A stretch of 63,878 bases of DNA from Sphaerodactylus townsendi (lineage: Eukaryota). Below are positions 57,556 to 63,878 of the stretch, piece by piece. Both the position numbers and the translations under genes were made by a program. Each line of letters begins with the position of its first letter. Within the stretch, counting starts at the first letter, position 1. The notes under the pieces were generated by a model, which did not search any database, was not told where the DNA came from, and saw only the letters and a program-made list of their open reading frames with translations. The stretch spans positions 34,348,001 through 34,411,878 of the forward strand of contig NC_059439.1 of assembly GCF_021028975.2 (NCBI RefSeq), read 5' to 3'.

Positions 57556-60500
57556 GTAAGGATTTATTTTGTACCAAATCAAATTAGTTTGCATTTCTAA
57601 TCTGGGTTACTGCTGCTTTAACATTCATTGTTCATCATTTTGTGACAGTGACATCAGTCATGCGGTTTGTAAACTGTTGCTGCTGCCAATTAAAATTAGC
57701 CTGATATTCTTTTGTATATTTTGATTGTAGGGCTACAGTTTATTGACTTTGCTCTCTGATACTGTGGGTTGTTGTGAGCGTATCTTAAAAGGATGGGAAT
57801 CACCATTATATATCAATTATCTTTGCTCCCCTAATATAAACCTGCCACCGTTTTCAAAATTGTCCTCCCTTCTTGCATTTTATCATTATGGAAAAGCTCT
57901 GGAGGACCAGGAAAATATGTGTAGTGTGCTGTTGTAACCAAGCACATAATGAATACCAATGCTATTAATGTCATATTTCTGAACATGTTGGACTATGATA
58001 CACGATATAACTCTCATTGCAGGATGATTACACAAATGTACCAGCACATCCTTGCCTTCATATTTGCAATCAAGGAAATCAATGAAAATCCCCGGCTCTT
58101 GCCCAATGTCACCCTGGGCCTCCAGATTTATAATAACTATTTCAGTCCCATACAGACCATTCATGCCTCAATGAAAACTCTTTCCACACACCTCCGATTC
58201 ATCCCTAACTATAAATGTGACGTTCAGGACAATCCAGTGGCTGTGATTGGAGGACCCAACTCGAATATTTATCTCCACATGGCAGCCATACTGTGCCCAT
58301 ACAAGATTCCACAAGTAAGAGTTCCCTTAGCTTTAAGGTATTCTTCTTGAGGTCCGATGGTTGAAAATTGTGTGGTTTAAATGTAGAGGGATGCTTCAAT
58401 GCTTCTTAACAGTCAATCAAGTGAAGAAGCACAAATCTGTTGGCTCATTCAGAGTTTTGATTGAAAAATAACTCATGTGAAGTCCTTTACTCATATGCAG
58501 GCAACCCATATGAGATTGAATAGCATCCAATTTCTATGTTCTCAAGCTACTTGAATGAGTGACGTCAAGTTCCTGGAAACTTTACACGTGCATCAAAATC
58601 AAGCAGTGTTTTTCCTGTATTCTACACCTCTTCAGTCTATGACTGAACCACATCAAATGAAGGAGGCATTTTCATGTTAGAATAATTATACAGATTTTTT
58701 AAAACAAATTAAAACTCTCTTGAAGGTAAATATGATTGGGTTGGACTTTCTAGGCTACATCCTTATATTTCAACCAGTTTAGTTTTATGGTCATTATTAA
58801 ACAACTTTTAGAGGGTTCCGGACAGTTTTTTCGCTCTATGTCAACCCAATTCTCCTCCTTCCTATAGTGCCTGTCTAAGTTGTATTGTTGAAGGCTTTCA
58901 TGGCCGGGTTCAACTGGTTGTGTTGGGTTTTCCGGGCTGCGTGGCCGTGGTCTGGTAGATCTTGTTCCTAATGTTTTGCTTGCATCTGTGGTTGGCATCT
59001 TTAGAGGTGTATCACAGAGTCAAGTCTGTTACACACTGTGTCCTCTGAGAAGGGAATGTTTTTAGTGGGGTATATATTGCCCATGTCCCAGGATCTTGTT
59101 ATCTTGTGTAACAGACTTGTCTCTGAGATACAACTCTGCAGATGCGAGCCACAGATATGGGGGACAGGAGTACAGTCCGGGAAACCCAGAACCATGTGAT
59201 ATTTAGTTCGCTGCATAGTTGAGAAATGTTATAAAGAGCAGCAGTTGTATTACATATCCCACTCCCATAGTCTTCTGGCTTTTATTCAGTTATTTACAGA
59301 AATCAAATAAAGATTGCTCCTAAACGCTCACTGAATTCTTCAAATGAAATCATCCTGAGCTCAGCTGCATCGCAATTTTGTAAATATATAGCTAGCTATG
59401 TATATGCCTTCAGAGAATGTCTCTTTCTTCACCTCTTTTCCCCCCTACATATAGACAATTTATGGCTCTGCTCCAGACGGGAATAACAAAATGCAAGATG
59501 TTTTCTTCCACTGGATGTTCCCAAATGAGGCTCATCAGTCGCGTGGCATTCTCCAGTTATTGCTGCATTTCAGGTGGACGTGGATTGGAATGGTTTATGT
59601 CATTGTGGACACTGACCAGACATTTATACGCAACGTGCTTCCCGTGTTTTCCCGGAATGGTATCTGCTTTGATTTTATAGAAAAATTTTCAATAATAGAG
59701 TTCTCTAGTGGCATTGAAAAATTTGTAGAAGAGGAAACCAAGCTATGCCAAACTATCATGGGAAGTTCGGCCACTGTTGTGGTTTTGCACGGTGAATTTC
59801 AGACTGTAATTGTGTTGAGAAATTTGCTCCATTATGCAGAATTTGAGGAGTTGCCCGTGAAGACCAAAGGGAAAGTCTGGATCATGACGGCCCAGATGGA
59901 CTTTGCATCTGATTACTACCAAAGAGATTGGGATCTAGACTTCATCCATGGGGCTCTGTCCTTGGCAGTTCACTCAAAGGACATGTTGGGATTCCAGAAA
60001 TTTCTCCACCTCACACACTCTACCTCTGAAAAAGAAGATGGTTTCACCAGGAACTTCTGGGAAAATGCATTTAACTGTTTGCTTCCTGGCAGAAAGGCTA
60101 AGGAAATCTGCAGCATGTTTGACAAGGATTTTGAGGAAACGTGCACTGGAGCGGAGAAGCTGGAGAATCTTCCTAGCACAATCTTGGAAAAGCACATGAC
60201 TGCCCACAGCTACAGCATCTACAATGCAGTATATGCGGTGGCACATGCTGTGCATGCCCTCCGTTCATCTAAACCGAAGCACATATCTGTGAAGGATGGA
60301 GGGAAAAGGACACTTCTGAATTCGCAGGTGTGGTAACTAAGCTTCAGATAATGTGGACTCTCTGTGTACTTCGGTGCACCAACAGGTTCTAGGCTGTCTC
60401 AACTCACGCAAGAGATTTGGTGTCAAAGAACTACTTCCGTGCAACAGTCTATCCACTGCAGTTCTTGCTCAGTTTAAGACCAGAGCGGCCTTTAATTTTC

Positions 60501-63182
60501 CTTGTCAAGTCTGAATGTTATTAGGCGCTTGTTTTATTTATTTATTTATATTTATTTATTTATTAAAATATTTATACCCCATTTTTTTGTAACACATCAT
60601 GTGTGAAATGTCAAATACGATCACCTAAAGATTAATGTTTGGATGGTTTTAATGAATATAACTATTTGATTTCCTCCTGCACCATTTAGCTCCCCCGTTT
60701 CCTGAGAAGCATCTCATTCAACAACAGTGCTGGAGATACTATTTCTTTTGACCCAAATGGGGAGCTAAAAACCGGATTTGACATTGTAAACTGGGTGACA
60801 TTTCCAAACCAGTCCTTTCTTCGAGTCCAAGTTGGGCAGGTGGACCCAGGTGCTCCTTCAGAAGAAGCATTCATCATTTGTCATGAGGTCATCCTGTGGC
60901 CCCGTAGCTTTAACCAGGTAGGAGGCCACACATATGTGATAGCTGGGGAGCAGCAGTGGCATAGTGGCTAAGAGCAGTGGCTAAGAGCAGGCGCACTCTG
61001 ATCTGGAGGAACCGGGTTTGATTCCCAGCTCTGCCGCGTGAGTTGTGGAGGCTTATCTGAGGAATTCAGATTAGCCTGTGCACTCCCACACATGCCAGCT
61101 GGGTGACCTTGGGCTAGTCACAGCTTTTCGGGGCTCTCTCAGCCCCACCTACCTCACAGGGTGTTTGTTGTGAGGGGGGAAGGGCAAGGAGATTGTCAGC
61201 CCCTTTGAGTCTCCTGCAGGAGAGAAAGGGGGGATATTAATCCAAACTCTTCTTCGTCTTCGTTGATGCCAGCATAGACACGTGGCTGCAGGCTCTACTG
61301 GGTCTGGGTTCCACTGATCTGTGTGACTACATTATTAATCCCATGCGAGCGTGGAATTATGGCAGCATATCTTCATCCGTTGATTAATCCCACCCAGAGG
61401 AGAGCGTTGGCTACTGCAAGATGTAATGTGCTGCCATCAGCTCTGCTGGAGGGAAGATTTAAGAATATGGAACGTTCTAAAAGAGTTTGTTCATGTGATA
61501 TGACTACGGTTGAAACACTTGACCATTCTCTGTTTCTATGCCCTAAATACAATAAGATACGCATGAAATACATGAATTCCATTTTCTTGCAATGTTCTCA
61601 GTGGCATGAGTGTTATAAGAGACCCAATCTCCTGAACAGCTCTGATGTGCTCTCTTGTGAGACTGTTGCAAATTTTATACTGGAAATTAGTAATTTTAAC
61701 TGCATTTCTTAACCTTGTTTTGTTTTAAATTTTTGCCCTGTTTTGTATGCCAATAAAGGCTTGTGTTGTTGTTGACACAGATCTGTGTGGCGCCCTCTTG
61801 GCAGCGTCTTTGACCTCTCCACCAGCACAGGTGCCACTAATGCCAGTGGTGAGGACAAACATGTCTTTTTTTGTGTGATGCCTTTTATGTTCCCTGCTGG
61901 GCAGAGGATGAAAAATATAATTTTTTAAAAATTTATGGGCAGGTGCAGCCCATTTCTGAGTGCAATGAAGCATGCCATCCTGGTTACAGCAAAAGAAAGA
62001 GAGAGGGGGAGCCGTTTTGCTGCTACGACTGCTTTCGTTGCCCAGAAGGGAAGATTTCAGATGAAAATGGTGAGAAACGTAGTGTATAATGTTAAACAAA
62101 TATATTGACTGTCGTACACTTGGAGATCCGGATGCACTAATCCCCATGTCTTTCATCCCCATAGCAAATATCATGTCAGTAGGCACTTTCATCCAACACC
62201 TTGTCATATAAAGCAGTGATTGCTGAAATTGTCTGCATATAAGCCTACCAAGTACATATCGTCAATGTTTTATCTTCCAGATCTTGCCGACTGTTTTCAA
62301 TGTCCAGAAGATCATTACCCAAACGGCAAGCAGGACCTGTGCATTCCCAAAGTTATCACTTTTTTGTCTTATGAAGAGCCCTTGGGGATTGCTGTGACCA
62401 TTTTTTCTTTGTCCTTGTCTTCCATCACAGTTTTAGTGCTTGGAATATTCAGGAAATACCACCACACCCATCATCAAAGCCAATGTCCGGACTCCTCTCT
62501 TACACTCTTCTTGATCGCTCTCCTCTTCTGCTTCCTTTGTGCTCTTCTGTTCATTGGCCAACCCACGAGGGTGACGTGTCTTCTGCGACAAACCACATTT
62601 GTCACTGTCTTCTCGGTGGCTGTTTCTTGTATGTTGGCCAAAACCATCACTGTGGTTCTGGCATTTCTGGCCACCAAGCCAGGATCCAGCATGAGGAAAT
62701 GGGTGGGCAAAAAACTGACCACCTCCATCGTCCTTGGTTGTTCCCTTATTCAGGTCATGCTTTGTAGCGTGTGGCTGGCCACATTTCCCCCATTCCCTGA
62801 TCTTGACCTGCGTTCCGTAAGGGGAGAAATCCTAATGCAATGCAATGAAGGGTCAGTCACTATGTTTTATTGTGTCCTGGGCTATATGAGCTTTTTGGCC
62901 ATTGTCAGTTTTGTTGTGGCTTTCTTTGCCAGGAAGTTACCCGACTCTTTCCAGGAAACCAAGTCTATTACCTTCAGCATGCTGCTGTTTTGCACCGTCT
63001 GGTTGTCCTTTGTTCCCACCTACTTGAGCACAAAAGGCAAGTCAATGGTGGCTGTGGAGATCTTCTCCATCTTGGCATCTAGCACTGGAGTTCTGACATT
63101 GACTTTTACTCCCAAATGCTACATCACTCTGATGAGACCAGATTTGAACAAAAGGGAACAACTAATAAAGAATCATAAATGA
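57338..63182 (+). CDS. V2R gene F (about 879 aa if spliced as inferred)
   Basis: Exons 57338-57555, 58023-58314, 59455-60327, 60690-60917, 61943-62069, 62281-63182. Clear signal peptide [18 protein letters not shown]. Exon 3 needs an upstream donor, and exon 6 carries a compensated frameshift. Confidence 0.85.
58023..58314 (+). CDS. V2R gene F exon 2
   Basis: 292 bp [18 protein letters not shown]...YKIPQ. Confidence 0.92.
58884..59095 (-). mobile_element. Penelope-like fragment
   Basis: Same arm sequence as 28520-28650, more degenerate. Confidence 0.7.
59455..60327 (+). CDS. V2R gene F exon 3
   Basis: Open frame; donor CAG|GTGTGG inferred. Confidence 0.87.
60690..60917 (+). CDS. V2R gene F exon 4
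   Basis: 228 bp [13 protein letters not shown]...FNQ. Confidence 0.9.
60946..61262 (+). mobile_element. tRNA-derived SINE (Squam3-like)
   Basis: A/B-box-like head, (CTT)n tail; other copies at 18561-18833 (-), 9022-9272, 35489-35633, 50881-51024. Confidence 0.8.
61326..61776 (+). mobile_element. RTE-X-like LINE 3' end
   Basis: [23 protein letters not shown], (GTT)n tail, TSD GATCTGTGTG. Confidence 0.8.
61943..62069 (+). CDS. V2R gene F exon 5
   Basis: 127 bp [11 protein letters not shown]...CCYDCFRCP. Confidence 0.92.
62281..63182 (+). CDS. V2R gene F exon 6 (7TM)
   Basis: Open 7TM frame [16 protein letters not shown]. Confidence 0.92.
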
Positions 63183-63878
63183 AGGGGGAAAGGAATGTGT
63201 TTTATGGGGTTAAATTTTGTGTGCATGTATGGTAATTTTTCTGAGTGTTTTCTTTTTGTGACATTTTCTTTGTGGGGCATACTGTTCCTTTCAGCAGGGC
63301 TTGCCACAGGATGCAGGTTTTGAAATTCAAGCTGTGAATTCTTTTGCCCTCTGGTATGATAATTGTGGGGGAACTTCAGTTGCACTTTTTGACTCAAGCT
63401 CCAGCAACTTGTTTCGTGAACTGTGTGTCATTAAACACCCATGAGTCTCTTGCTGTTTCCCTGAAGTCTGAGATACAGCTGACAATGAAACACCGCACAG
63501 TAGGGTATATGAGAGAGTAACTAACACAGTACAGAGTTTAATAAATAAACCCTAATTTAAACCAATGCATTCTTTCTACTGTTGTCATGTCATAACATGG
63601 GGACAAAGTTTTCATAATGCAAACTGATCACTTGCAACATGTCTATCTTCAGTGTTTGGATTCCTTCTTCCCAATTTATTGGAGTTTCAAGGGTCATGGA
63701 AATCCCTCAATTTTATTTTAATTATTTATTTTATTCTGCTTTTTATCCCGCCCTGTCCCCGCACAACTCAGGGCAGGTCACAACAATTTATAATACAATC
63801 AGAAAAAAAATGTAAAATCCAAAAATTGCCAATACAGTACAGTCTTAAAACCATAAATTTTAAAACACTGCCCTGATC

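Noticed and set aside
60946-61035. tRNA gene
   Set aside because: tRNA-like head of a multi-copy SINE.

Overview
Vertebrate genomic DNA, almost certainly squamate and probably a gecko (inferred from its SINE, CR1, Penelope and MITE repertoire). The window is part of a tandem cluster of vomeronasal type-2 receptor (V2R, class C GPCR) genes with the canonical 6-exon layout (about 218-275/292/861-876/228/127/902 bp). Six loci are visible: A (minus, exon 1 and the start of exon 2, runs off the left edge); B (minus, 4232-13952, intact, 894 aa); C (minus, exons 4-6 only, 5' part lost at a gap); D (plus, 27802-36626, intact, 894 aa); E (plus, disrupted); F (plus, 57338-63182, open but with anomalies). 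There are also three stray V2R exon fragments, one of them an inverted exon-3 copy inside gene D. Introns and spacers are dense with mobile DNA: a full-length sushi/Tf1-type Ty3/Gypsy element with a self-priming PBS, a 14-copy tandem array of the CR1 3' end, Penelope inverted repeats with a hammerhead core, many RTE-X-like, L1, L2 and CR1 fragments, hAT, Harbinger and Tc1 MITEs, SINEs, and two solo repeats that may be DIRS/Ngaro-derived. Four N-gaps and several indel-rich patches indicate assembly limitations. No clearly new protein-coding system was found. The best candidates for something undescribed are the intragenic inverted exon-3 copy and the CR1-tail array.
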